The notes under the pieces were generated by a model. The model saw only the letters and a list, made by a program, of their open reading frames with translations. It ran no database searches and was not told where the DNA came from. Shown in pieces: positions 1-8,406 of a stretch of DNA of 45,436 bases (positions are counted from its first letter, which is position 1; the number at the start of each line of letters is the position of its first letter). The DNA is from a virus (Duplodnaviria; Heunggongvirae; Uroviricota; Caudoviricetes): the IMG/VR virus record IMGVR_UViG_2711768004_000013; one strand, written 5' to 3'. The translations under genes were made by a program, and so were the position numbers.

Positions 1-573
1 ATGTTTTGCGAAGAAAAAGTAGCTCAAATGGCTGCATACCTACTTCTTAAGCGAGGTGGGCGCATGGCATATCTGAAATTGATGAAGCTGCTCTATCTGT
101 CTAACCGCAAGTCGATTTTGAAGCATGGCAGGATGATCGGCGAAGATAGCCTTTACTCTATGAAATTTGGTCCAGTCATGTCGAATACGCTGAACTTGAT
201 TCGTGGTAAGGCTGAAGGTATTGGTGACTACTGGTACAACCTGATAGAGACGAACGGGCATGATGTGTTGTTGCGTTCAGATCCGAGGGAAATGGATGCA
301 GACGAGGTCTTTGATGAGTTGAGCCGTGCAGATATCCGGATTTTAGATGAAATCTATTCTCTGTATGGGCATATGAACCGATTTGATCTCGCAAACATGA
401 CGCATTTAGAAAGCGTTTGTCCAGAGTGGCACAATCCTGGCAATTCTCGTAAGCCTATAGACCTGAAAGAAATGCTGATCAGTGAGGGTAAAAGCGAGGA
501 TGAGGCTAATCGTATAATTGGCAAAATGGAAGAATCTCAGAAACTTAAGGAATTTTCTTTGCAATTATCATGA
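1..573 (+). CDS. Panacea-like (DUF4065-type) protein, putative antitoxin; start may lie at or just beyond the window edge
   Basis: 190-aa ORF; N-terminal segment KLMKLLYLSNRK...SMKFGPVMSNTL fits the KLxKLLY...GPV pattern I associate with DUF4065/Panacea; stop overlaps the downstream ORF start by 4 nt (ATGA), suggesting translational coupling. Confidence 0.55.
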   Translation: MFCEEKVAQMAAYLLLKRGGRMAYLKLMKLLYLSNRKSILKHGRMIGEDSLYSMKFGPVMSNTLNLIRGKAEGIGDYWYNLIETNGHDVLLRSDPREMDADEVFDELSRADIRILDEIYSLYGHMNRFDLANMTHLESVCPEWHNPGNSRKPIDLKEMLISEGKSEDEANRIIGKMEESQKLKEFSLQLS

Positions 574-989
574 CGGATTATCAGCCATACAGGAAAGGAA
601 CTGTGCTTGCCCCAACTGGGCCATGCAATCATCTTCATGTGATTTGTAATGATCCTGTTTATTACCCCGTTAACGATTGTTATTGTGTTTTAGTTGTTAA
701 TATTTCTAGTATCAAGGATGGTGTCCCCCACGATCCGTCTTGCGTCTTGAATTCTGGTGATCATCGCTTTATCAAGCATCCAAGTTATGTTGTTTACGCT
801 GAAGCTATAATTTGGCGAGTGGATAACATGGTTAGAAAGCAGCGATCGGGTGAGATTTCCGTTCATGATGATATGCCAGAAGCTACATTCAATAGAATTC
901 TGGACGGTTTTGATATATCTGATGAAGTTACGCCAAAGAACCTTAAATTTAAAAATAAATATTGCGTATCATCTATTGATGATGAGTAA
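570..989 (+). CDS. hypothetical protein, candidate toxin partner of the upstream Panacea-like protein
   Basis: 139-aa ORF coupled to the upstream gene by ATGA overlap; somewhat more AT-rich than the upstream gene; no motif I recognise. Confidence 0.45.
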   Translation: MTDYQPYRKGTVLAPTGPCNHLHVICNDPVYYPVNDCYCVLVVNISSIKDGVPHDPSCVLNSGDHRFIKHPSYVVYAEAIIWRVDNMVRKQRSGEISVHDDMPEATFNRILDGFDISDEVTPKNLKFKNKYCVSSIDDE

Positions 990-1028
990 ACAACAGGAAT
1001 TGTTTCGGTATAGCTTCTGGAGTTTTCT

Positions 1029-1202
1029 ATGGAAGATCAAAAAGCAACCAAGCCACAGGTTAAGTTCGACACAATGAAAGCATTCGCAGGTATGGGTGCT
1101 GCTGTTGAAGTTCTGATGAAGGCTGCTCCTAATGCGTTCACTCACGCTACTGTCTCTGGTAAAGAGCAGCAGGGTAAGCTTCGTCGTCGCAAAGCAGCAT
1201 GA
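1029..1202 (+). CDS. small hypothetical protein (57 aa)
   Basis: ATG at 1029 preceded by GGAG about 8 nt upstream; ends just before a strong intrinsic terminator; below the ORF-track length cutoff. Confidence 0.3.
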   Translation: MEDQKATKPQVKFDTMKAFAGMGAAVEVLMKAAPNAFTHATVSGKEQQGKLRRRKAA

Positions 1203-1222
1203 TCATAGCTGGTGCTTTTTGA

Positions 1223-1248
1223 AAACCCGCCTTTAGGCGGGTTTTTTC
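1223..1248. terminator. bidirectional rho-independent terminator
   Basis: AAAACCCGCC-TTTA-GGCGGGTTTTTT: GC stem flanked by an A-run and a T-run, placed between the convergent plus-strand module and the minus-strand PrtN-like gene. Confidence 0.6.
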
Positions 1249-1249
1249 T

Positions 1250-1531
1250 TTAGTGATGTTCTTTGCCCTTCTGTTTGCCTGTTCTGACCTGTTCCCACTC
1301 GATACGTCCTTCTTCTCGTCTTTTGTCTATGTATTCCGCAAGATCCTGAATATTGATGCAACGTTTTGCTTTTTGTGATGTACCGATGCGATATGTAGGT
1401 ACAGGCAACTTACAAGCGTTTGCTTTTGCTTCTGCTGTGGCTGGACTCATACCAAAGTATTTTTGACTAACTGCTGAGAGTTCAATGTTTGGGGTATTGA
1501 ATTCAGCCATCAGTAAAAACAAGGTATTCAT
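1250..1531 (-). CDS. PrtN-like (pyocin activator family) phage transcriptional regulator
   Basis: 93-aa ORF starting MNTLFLLMAEF... with ...DLAEYIDKRREEG, resembling PrtN-family regulators as I recall them. Confidence 0.65.
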   Translation of the reverse strand: MNTLFLLMAEFNTPNIELSAVSQKYFGMSPATAEAKANACKLPVPTYRIGTSQKAKRCINIQDLAEYIDKRREEGRIEWEQVRTGKQKGKEHH

Positions 1532-1567
1532 ATCATTTCTCCATCATAACCGGCTGCACCCGGTGAG

Positions 1568-2350
1568 TTACTTATTCATTTCAATAATATTATTTTCTAT
1601 CATTGATTTATTTAAAACCAAAGAAGGAGCAAGATGGTTGTCTATTTTAAACAATGCATAACTTTTAAACTGTTGGTGATATCCGTAACTAATAAGGATG
1701 CTAGAAAAATCTCTTAATTCATCTTCTTTTAAAAAATTAAAATGAAATGGGTTGTCACCATTTATGAACAATGAAACATCTATTATGCAGTATTTCTCTC
1801 CGTTGTCATTTGCATAGAAAAAAATATAAGACATTCTGTTTGTTAAGACAATGCCATTAAATTTTCTTATGTCTGTAGCTATTTTGTTTTCCATGTTTGG
1901 TGCTACATATTTATTTTCAGAAATACATTTAATTTCATCTCCAGATGTCGTGATTATATAAAAATGAAACTTATCAGAAATATCTAACTTAACTACGCCA
2001 TCATTATTGTAAAGGCTGCTAAATTTTGGTGGTTCAACTTTTAAAGAATCATAGTTCTTTAAAAGAAGAGGGGAGTCAAATTTAATAACTTGTAGTATCC
2101 CTTTACCTTCAACCTCCATATTGATTGAAGATATAGCAATTGCATTATCTCTTTTATTATTCAGGATTATGGTTGATATATGCATGTCATATATTCTACT
2201 TGCATTTGCTGAATACGACACTGTCACCTTTTTTGATATTTTTTGCACGCCAAAATATATAGTGAAGGCAGCGGCAAGAATAGATAAGAATTTAATGTCA
2301 AATAAGGACCATAGCCACATTAGTTGCTCAATTGCTTCAGAGTTAATCAT
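1568..2350 (-). CDS. membrane-anchored hypothetical protein (AT-rich moron); start ambiguous (in-frame ATGs up to 2383; the 2401 codon is TTG)
   Basis: ORF 1568..2401; single N-terminal hydrophobic helix (LMWLWSLFDIKFLSILAAAFTIYFGV) followed by about 230 aa rich in N/K/I/D; strongly AT-rich versus flanking genes; separated from the upstream operon by a terminator. Confidence 0.5.
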   Translation of the reverse strand: MINSEAIEQLMWLWSLFDIKFLSILAAAFTIYFGVQKISKKVTVSYSANASRIYDMHISTIILNNKRDNAIAISSINMEVEGKGILQVIKFDSPLLLKNYDSLKVEPPKFSSLYNNDGVVKLDISDKFHFYIITTSGDEIKCISENKYVAPNMENKIATDIRKFNGIVLTNRMSYIFFYANDNGEKYCIIDVSLFINGDNPFHFNFLKEDELRDFSSILISYGYHQQFKSYALFKIDNHLAPSLVLNKSMIENNIIEMNK

Positions 2351-2504
2351 TTGCTTTACCATTATCGCTGTAATACAACACATGTGTGTATATATACGCA
2401 ATGCAATTATTTTGCAAGTGCTTCATTTACTATCAATAGCTACGTCACGTTATTGTTTAATGGTTCTTTATAGGGGCGGCAATAGTTAAAATTATCGCTT
2501 CCGT

Positions 2505-2526
2505 AAATGCCCCCGCAGGGGCATTT
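2505..2526. terminator. intrinsic terminator between the early-left operon and the AT-rich moron
   Basis: AAATGCCCC-CGCA-GGGGCATTT: 7-bp GC stem with A and T runs on both sides. Confidence 0.5.
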
Positions 2527-2538
2527 GCAGTAATGAAA

Positions 2539-3363
2539 TCAGGCGGTGAAAGTACCAATAAAGGTTTCTACTTTGCTGTCTTTGAATTTCTCAACAAGCA
2601 GATCACGAAATTCGTTAGCCATTTCTTCCTGTACCGCTTCCAGCTGAATAATGCGCAGAACCAGTACAGGACGATCGCCAGTGATAATGCTGAGGCGTAA
2701 TTTAAACGGACGTTCTTTCAGACCTTCAAACGGAACGCATTTAAATTCAAATGCCACTGGCATAATGTCTTTGGTCTTCGCTTCGACAGACTCCATCAGG
2801 GAGCGTTTGCCGCTGAAGTCATTATCTTCAAAATCAGCGGTCTGGTTCGCTTCAATTGTGATTTTACGGATCGCCGCAGCCGCTTTGGTTGCCTGAATGG
2901 CGTCACCATTAGCATCAAAGCCCACAAGGTAGTCGGCCCAGTCTTCAATCCATTCTGCCAGTGACTTCTGGGAGTTACGCTCGCCATTAACAGACAACAG
3001 AGCAGAGAACGGAGCTGTCTTTTTCAGTTTGAGAGTGGCGGTGTTATCTGCGTGACCTGGTTCATCAATAGTACCCAGGTTAAGAACACTGACGGCACGC
3101 ATATTATCAGCATCGATAAAGCAGCGGGTGCCTTCATCTGCAAGATCTTTAGAATAACGAGTAAAGTCATCGATGCTGGCAGTGGAAAGCGCACCACGGA
3201 AACGGAAACGATTTAAATTTAATTTTTCCAGATCATGAATGCGGAAATTCTCAGGCAATGCCACAGCATCGGCACCAATCTTACTGATAATTTCATTAAC
3301 ACCCTGAGCAGAAATAAGGGCATGGATTTGATTAATTGCGGTTGCGTCTAAGTTCTGAGACAT
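2539..3363 (-). CDS. conserved phage early protein (possibly DUF2303/YfdQ-like)
   Basis: 274-aa ORF with a GTGAGGA Shine-Dalgarno upstream; protein-like composition; the family assignment is from memory only. Confidence 0.55.
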   Translation of the reverse strand: MSQNLDATAINQIHALISAQGVNEIISKIGADAVALPENFRIHDLEKLNLNRFRFRGALSTASIDDFTRYSKDLADEGTRCFIDADNMRAVSVLNLGTIDEPGHADNTATLKLKKTAPFSALLSVNGERNSQKSLAEWIEDWADYLVGFDANGDAIQATKAAAAIRKITIEANQTADFEDNDFSGKRSLMESVEAKTKDIMPVAFEFKCVPFEGLKERPFKLRLSIITGDRPVLVLRIIQLEAVQEEMANEFRDLLVEKFKDSKVETFIGTFTA

Positions 3364-3428
3364 AATAAGTCCTCACTATATAAAGATATTCAGTGATGAG
3401 ATAAATAATCGGTTAATTAAGAACGATA

Positions 3429-3790
3429 TTAATGACCTGCTGCGCGGAGTTTTCCGTCAGGTTCACCGGCAAGAGTCAGTAATTGTCCCTGGTCTTCCTG
3501 CAGAATAGTCAGGCGACCACCGCGATTGACATACATCGGCGTTTCGGTGGTGTCTTCTTCGGAAATTTTCCCGCGGTTAGTCGGGCGAACATATGAGAGT
3601 TTGTGTTTGATTTTCACACGGTTCTCATCAAATGGTTCGATTTCCAGGTTGAGTGAGACCTTACCTTTGGTTTTCGTGTTCATCACACCGGAAGCGACTT
3701 CACTGAGAACTGCGCCGATTTTGGTTTCAAATACGCCGCCGTCCAGCTCCCCAATAAATGCCTGCACATCAGTACTGCGTTCGCTAGCCA
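3429..3790 (-). CDS. hypothetical phage early protein (120 aa)
   Basis: ATG at 3788-3790 (minus) preceded by AGGAG; the upstream extension of the ORF track (to 3977) is Cys/His/Arg/Trp-rich and not protein-like. Confidence 0.55.
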
Positions 3791-3838
3791 TTTTGCTGCT
3801 CCTAATCATATCGACCCTGCAAGGTCGGTTGGTTTCTC

Positions 3839-3940
3839 CACAAAACAGAGAAGAACACCTGCGGTGGCAGCCGCCCGGATGGATTTGGTTATGAGCCCGT
3901 CGTCCGGTGATGCTCTTCTCTGTTTTGTAAAAAGAGCGGT
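3839..3940 (-). promoter_or_regulatory. nut-like element: boxA-like CGCTCTTTTTA followed by a large hairpin with 15-bp perfect arms
   Basis: Minus strand reads CGCTCTTTTTAC, then ACAAAACAGAGAAGA ... about 60 nt ... TCTTCTCTGTTTTGT; lies in the leader between the putative PL and the first early-left gene. Confidence 0.3.
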
Positions 3941-4411
3941 ACCAGCCGGAAGCAAGTGTACAAACTGGTACCGCCAAAGCAGTGGCTGTTGTGGTGACCG
4001 GTGCTGATCTCCGGCTTGCGGTTATTTCAGACTCTCACGGGCGTTTAATTGCCCCGCCGAACAGCTCTTTTCCGCATTAGCTGCAATGTCTTTCGCGCAT
4101 CAGCCTGCGCATTCACCACAACGCTGAGAGCACTTAGCCAGTTACGGCACCACACTTTGTCGCGGTTCCATAAATGTCCTCATCGTTGCACCCTGGTCTC
4201 TTCCCAGGCGTCAAACCGAATCGCCACGCTGGTTAGGCGTCTTATCAGCATCATCATTGACTTGCACATTCCGGCTACCTGGTTTGTTTGCCCGAGCAAG
4301 GAGTGGATTGTCCCCTTTAACGTCCCCAGACCGCTAACGACGCATGTGCCATACGCCGTGTTACAACCAAATTTTGTTTAATCTTGCCTGTGCTGTGTTT
4401 CTTTTAGATAC

Positions 4412-4439
4412 ATTATGTATCCCAAAGGTACATTGTCAA
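4412..4439 (-). promoter_or_regulatory. putative leftward early promoter PL with overlapping operator OL
   Basis: Minus strand TTGACA, 17 nt, CATAAT; the spacer contains ATGTATCCCAAAGGTACAT, closely resembling the OR-side site ATGTATACCGGAGGTACAT. Confidence 0.45.
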
Positions 4440-4441
4440 GT

Positions 4442-4466
4442 ATAAAAAAACCTGCCGAAGCAGGTT
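4442..4466 (-). terminator. intrinsic terminator downstream of the repressor gene
   Basis: Minus strand AACCTGC-TTCG-GCAGGTT followed by a T-run. Confidence 0.5.
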
Positions 4467-4477
4467 ATAAATATTGA

Positions 4478-5152
4478 TTAGGCCTTTATTATGTATCTTC
4501 TTGGTTTTCCTGAGAAAATCACTGTACCAATTATAGAGCAATTACCGTTAATCTTAATGTAAGGCTCAGGCCAGTTTGGGTTTAATGCTTTGAGATAACG
4601 CTGTGTTCCATCTTCTATCAACCGCTTGAAGGTGGTTTCGCCTGTATCGTGCATCAATGCAATAACGTCGTCACCGTGGCAGGCAGGGACTTCAGGATCA
4701 ACAAAAATCATGTCTCCCGGGCGGTACTCATCAATCATTGAATCACCAATCACCCGCAAGATATAAGTCATTTCGCCACAGGGTACAGGGCAGGGATAAG
4801 TTTCTGCTGTGCTCAAATCAACCTCAGAATAGCCAACTTCTTTCCATGCTCCGGCCTGTACCCATGATATGACAGGGACTAACGTTATTTGTTTGTTAGT
4901 GATTGAAACGTCAGGTTTTTTTGTGATGTTCGTTGTCTGGTGTTCTTGATCAAGCCATCCGACAGGCAGGTCGAAACATTTTTCGATGTGCCGTGCCATG
5001 CTGTCACCGATATTTTTAGTTGCACCATCTCCCATAAACCTGCTGGTCTGGGTTGGCTCGCGATCAATCATGGTGGCAAAGGAAGAATTCCCGCCAACAC
5101 CATCTCTCAGTTTTCTGGCGTTAGACCGCCGGATGTCATGGACTGTTTTCAT
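4478..5152 (-). CDS. CI-like prophage repressor (N-terminal HTH, C-terminal S24/LexA-type peptidase domain)
   Basis: 224-aa ORF; C-terminal VIGDSM serine motif and downstream FKRL lysine typical of S24 autopeptidases; divergent from a Cro-like gene with palindromic operators between them. Confidence 0.85.
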   Translation of the reverse strand: MKTVHDIRRSNARKLRDGVGGNSSFATMIDREPTQTSRFMGDGATKNIGDSMARHIEKCFDLPVGWLDQEHQTTNITKKPDVSITNKQITLVPVISWVQAGAWKEVGYSEVDLSTAETYPCPVPCGEMTYILRVIGDSMIDEYRPGDMIFVDPEVPACHGDDVIALMHDTGETTFKRLIEDGTQRYLKALNPNWPEPYIKINGNCSIIGTVIFSGKPRRYIIKA

Positions 5153-5168
5153 AAAGAAATTAAAACCT

Positions 5169-5239
5169 TTGTACCGATAAGGTACAAGTATCTTGAAGGT
5201 TCATCTCAATCATGTAATATGTATACCGGAGGTACATAT
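5169..5239. promoter_or_regulatory. OR region: two palindromic operators and putative PR
   Basis: TTGTACCGATAAGGTACAA (5169-5187) and ATATGTATACCGGAGGTACATAT (5217-5239); between them TTGAAG, 16 nt, TAATAT forms a rightward promoter overlapping the second operator. Confidence 0.55.
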
Positions 5240-5242
5240 TGT

Positions 5243-5443
5243 ATGAAAGCGTATTGGGACTCTTTAACCAAAGAACAGCAGGGTGAGTTGGCCGGAAAAG
5301 TTGGCTCAACACCAGGCTACTTACGGCTGGTTTTCAATGGTTATAAAAAAGCCAGTTTTGTGCTGGCTAAAAAACTTGAGCAATGCACGTCAGGTGCAAT
5401 TACGAAATCTGACTTAAGACCGGATATCTATCCGAAAGATTAA
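5243..5443 (+). CDS. Cro-like small HTH regulator
   Basis: 66-aa ORF with GGAGG 9 nt upstream, immediately right of the operators and divergent from the repressor. Confidence 0.7.
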   Translation: MKAYWDSLTKEQQGELAGKVGSTPGYLRLVFNGYKKASFVLAKKLEQCTSGAITKSDLRPDIYPKD

Positions 5444-5474
5444 CAGAACACCTTCAATTTTTAACCACAGAACG

Positions 5475-6038
5475 ATGAGGCTAACCGTGGGTAAGCATCA
5501 CTGGAAAGTAGAAAAACAGCCTGAGTGGTACGTGAAAGCTGTCAGAAAAACTATCGCGGCGTTGCCGGGGGGTTACGCTGAAGCTGCTGAGTGGCTGGAT
5601 GTAACAGAGAACGCTTTATTCAACCGCCTTCGTGCAGATGGCGATCAGATTTTCCCGCTGGGATGGGCAATGATTTTACAGCGCGCGGCTGGCACTCACT
5701 ACATTGCGGATGCTGTCGCACAGTCTGCTGGTGGGGTGTTTGTATCGCTTCCTGAAATTGAGGAAGTAGAGAACGCCGATATAAACCAGCGCCTGCTGGA
5801 AGTCATCGAACAGATCGGGAGTTACTCAAAGCAGATTCGTTCGGCAATCGAAGATGGGGTAGTGGAGCCACACGAGCAGACAGCAATTAATGATGAGTTG
5901 TATCTGTCAATTTCGAAGCTCCAGGAGCATGCAGCACTGGTCTACAAAATCTTTTGCGCTCCAGAAAAGAGTGACGCCCGCGAGTGTGCAGCTCCGGGCG
6001 TCGTGGCGTTTTGTGTCTGTGGAGAAACTAACGCATGA
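5475..6038 (+). CDS. hypothetical early regulatory protein in the CII / YdaT position (possible GTG start at 5487)
   Basis: 187-aa ORF directly after cro; GAGG lies 5 nt before the GTG at 5487, none before the ATG at 5475. Confidence 0.45.
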   Translation: MRLTVGKHHWKVEKQPEWYVKAVRKTIAALPGGYAEAAEWLDVTENALFNRLRADGDQIFPLGWAMILQRAAGTHYIADAVAQSAGGVFVSLPEIEEVENADINQRLLEVIEQIGSYSKQIRSAIEDGVVEPHEQTAINDELYLSISKLQEHAALVYKIFCAPEKSDARECAAPGVVAFCVCGETNA

Positions 6039-6871
6039 ACAGTTTAACGGCAAATAACCGTTTGTCGCAACAGCTGGTGGTCAGCGTCGCTGAACACCTG
6101 TTGTTACGGCATGAATGCAGATTACCAAATCACCTGGCTGTAAGTAACCACAGAGAACTTTACCTGACTGTGGGGGGCGAGTTGTGCAGGAACTTAACCG
6201 CTGGTTTCGTGACGGAAGAGGACTTTATGTTCATGTTATTCGTTGGGAGCCAGAAACACAGCGCGTTATCTATCTTCGCAAAGACTACCCGCATGAGTGC
6301 TTTAGTCCTTTGTGGAAATTCAGGCGTGATTTTGTTGAGTGTGAAGGACCACCAGCACATTGATTCTGCCATTCCGGGACGTTACACTGTTCAGGCACCT
6401 TATAAAGCGGGTGCCGGGATTGGCGTCCTGGAATTGATCAAGGCGATATATGACGCGCCAGCGTCTTTTTTATCGTCCGCATTTGCTCACATCAAAGTTA
6501 TGGTGGGCTGGGCGGGGGCATCGAAAGATGCGCCGGTTTCCTTGATCACCGGTTACGCCAACCCCGTTCAGTTCACCACCAGCGAAATTGGCGTTTCCGG
6601 TGGTGGAAGTATTTCACCGATCAAGGAGGCTGCCATCATGGCTACTGTCCCAGCCCTCACTCGTCTGAATGATGAAGACTTACATAAACTCAGTTATGTA
6701 ACAACTGCACTACGTGCTCTGCGCAAGGTAACTCTTTCGGATCCGCAGGCACATCAGGTTCTGGTAGAAACCCTTCTTAACTTGCAAGCTGAACGTATTC
6801 GTCTGGCGGATAAGGCTAATTTTCATATTCACCGTCTCCTGAATATCAGCGGAGGGCATCGTCATGCTTAA
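6035..6871 (+). CDS. hypothetical protein (278 aa)
   Basis: ATGA overlap with the upstream stop and GGAG about 10 nt upstream; no motif I recognise. Confidence 0.45.
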   Translation: MNSLTANNRLSQQLVVSVAEHLLLRHECRLPNHLAVSNHRELYLTVGGELCRNLTAGFVTEEDFMFMLFVGSQKHSALSIFAKTTRMSALVLCGNSGVILLSVKDHQHIDSAIPGRYTVQAPYKAGAGIGVLELIKAIYDAPASFLSSAFAHIKVMVGWAGASKDAPVSLITGYANPVQFTTSEIGVSGGGSISPIKEAAIMATVPALTRLNDEDLHKLSYVTTALRALRKVTLSDPQAHQVLVETLLNLQAERIRLADKANFHIHRLLNISGGHRHA

Positions 6872-7100
6872 TCCGTTGATCCTCAATATTTGCCGTTTGC
6901 TTCAGCGTAAAAAAATATCAATTCCTACAGTTGGGCAGTGGTACACCACGCCTGCAGGGCATGTTCTACGTGTTAGCCTGGTTGACCGTGAATGCCAGAA
7001 GGTGATTTGTGAACCGCTGGGCCGTAATTACCGCGTCAGTATGCCGCTTATAGCCTTTCGCTCCGGAAAAAACATGAAGCATCTCGGAGGTGCAGCATGA
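6864..7100 (+). CDS. small hypothetical phage protein (78 aa)
   Basis: GGAGGG upstream; overlapping start/stop with both neighbours. Confidence 0.45.
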   Translation: MLNPLILNICRLLQRKKISIPTVGQWYTTPAGHVLRVSLVDRECQKVICEPLGRNYRVSMPLIAFRSGKNMKHLGGAA

Positions 7101-7915
7101 GTATGGAGCTGATGGTTAAAGCGATGAAAATTCGAGTGGGTAATCCATTGCGAAAACTGGTTCTGATCAAGCTGGCTGATAATGCCAGCGATCAGGGTGA
7201 GTGCTGGCCCAGCTACCAGCATATTGCTGACCAGTGCGAAATTAGCAAACGTTCTGTGATGAATCATATTGCGGCCCTTTGTGAGTCCGGGCTGGTAAAA
7301 AAAGTCACCCGGAAAGGTGAAAAAGGTAACTCAAGTAATATCTATCTCCTTCATCTGGATGGTGCAGGAGATTCACTAGGGGGTAGTGCAAATAATTCAC
7401 TATCTGGTGCAGCAAATTCACCAGGTAGTGCAGGAGTTGCACCAGGGGGTAGTGCAGGAGATTCACCCAGAACCAGTCACTCTTTTGAACCAGTCAAAGA
7501 ACCAGTCAATGAACCAATAGCTGTTGGTGCATCAGTTGATGAGTCCGTGCGAGTTCGTTCAAACCGACCGGAATACTCTCCGGAGTTTGAGCAGGCATGG
7601 CTGGCATATCCCAAACGTGCTGGTGGCAATTCAAAATCTGCAGCCTTCAAAGCCTGGAAAGCCCGTTTGAATGAGGGAGTAAACCCCGAAACCATGCTGG
7701 AAGGTGTGAAACGCTACGCGGGATGGGTATCTGCGATGGGTAACAGCGGCACACAATTTGTGAAACAGGCTGTCACGTTCTTTGGTCCGGATCGTCATTT
7801 CGAAGAATTCTGGGAAGTTCCTGCGGTATCTGCAGCCAGACGCGAGGACCCGTACTTCAAAGCCAGTTACGACAACGTGGACTACAGCCAGATCCCGGCA
7901 GGATTCAGGGGGTGA
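7097..7915 (+). CDS. putative replication initiator / replisome organiser (N-terminal winged-HTH, Gly/Ser-rich linker)
   Basis: 272 aa; N-terminus LRKLVLIKLADNASDQGECWPSYQHIADQCEISKRSVMNHIAALCESGLV resembles HTH_36-type phage replication proteins; GGAGG upstream. Confidence 0.6.
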   Translation: MSMELMVKAMKIRVGNPLRKLVLIKLADNASDQGECWPSYQHIADQCEISKRSVMNHIAALCESGLVKKVTRKGEKGNSSNIYLLHLDGAGDSLGGSANNSLSGAANSPGSAGVAPGGSAGDSPRTSHSFEPVKEPVNEPIAVGASVDESVRVRSNRPEYSPEFEQAWLAYPKRAGGNSKSAAFKAWKARLNEGVNPETMLEGVKRYAGWVSAMGNSGTQFVKQAVTFFGPDRHFEEFWEVPAVSAARREDPYFKASYDNVDYSQIPAGFRG

Positions 7916-7917
7916 TC

Positions 7918-8406
7918 ATGAGTCTTTTGAATGAAGTTCAGAAATTCATTGAAGCCCATCCGGGGTGTACTTCCGGAGACATTGCGGATGCTTTTGCAGG
8001 TTACTCACGGCAGCGCGTTCTGCAGTCAGCAAGCAAGTTACGTCAGAGTGGGCGTGTGGCTCACCGTTATGAAGGAGATACACGCAGACATTTCCCACGC
8101 CTGACTGAGAGAGCGCAGGAGCCGGAACCACAACCAGTTCGTGAAACCAGACCTGTGCGCAATTTCTATGTCGGCACTAACGATCCCCGGGTGATTTTGT
8201 GCCTGACCCGCCAGGCGGAAGAACTGGAGTCCAGGGGCTTATACCGTCGTGCTGCAACGGTGTGGATGGCGGCATTCCGTGAAAGCCACTCCCAGCCAGA
8301 ACGAAACAATTTTCTGGCGCGTCGTGAGCGGTGCTTACGGAAAAGCAGCAAGCGCGCTGCATCGGGTGAAGAGTGGTATCTGTCAGGGAATTACGTGGGG
8401 GCTTAA
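7918..8406 (+). CDS. hypothetical protein with a PerC-like motif (possible transcriptional regulator)
   Basis: ATG at 7918 preceded by GGGGG; segment ESRGLYRRAATVWMAAF resembles PerC-family regulators; low certainty. Confidence 0.45.
   Translation: MSLLNEVQKFIEAHPGCTSGDIADAFAGYSRQRVLQSASKLRQSGRVAHRYEGDTRRHFPRLTERAQEPEPQPVRETRPVRNFYVGTNDPRVILCLTRQAEELESRGLYRRAATVWMAAFRESHSQPERNNFLARRERCLRKSSKRAASGEEWYLSGNYVGA

Noticed and set aside
850-1077. 75-aa plus-strand ORF overlapping the end of the putative toxin gene
   Set aside because: Different frame, overlaps the 570-989 ORF; the separate small ORF at 1029-1202 with an RBS is the more plausible gene in this interval.
2121-2489. 122-aa plus-strand ORF antisense to the AT-rich membrane-protein gene
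   Set aside because: Antisense in an AT-rich region where spurious ORFs are frequent; it spans the terminator at 2505-2526.
4049-4381. 110-aa plus-strand ORF in the leader left of the repressor
   Set aside because: Lies in the putative PL leader on the wrong strand for the early-left operon; no RBS and a Cys/His/Arg/Thr-rich composition.
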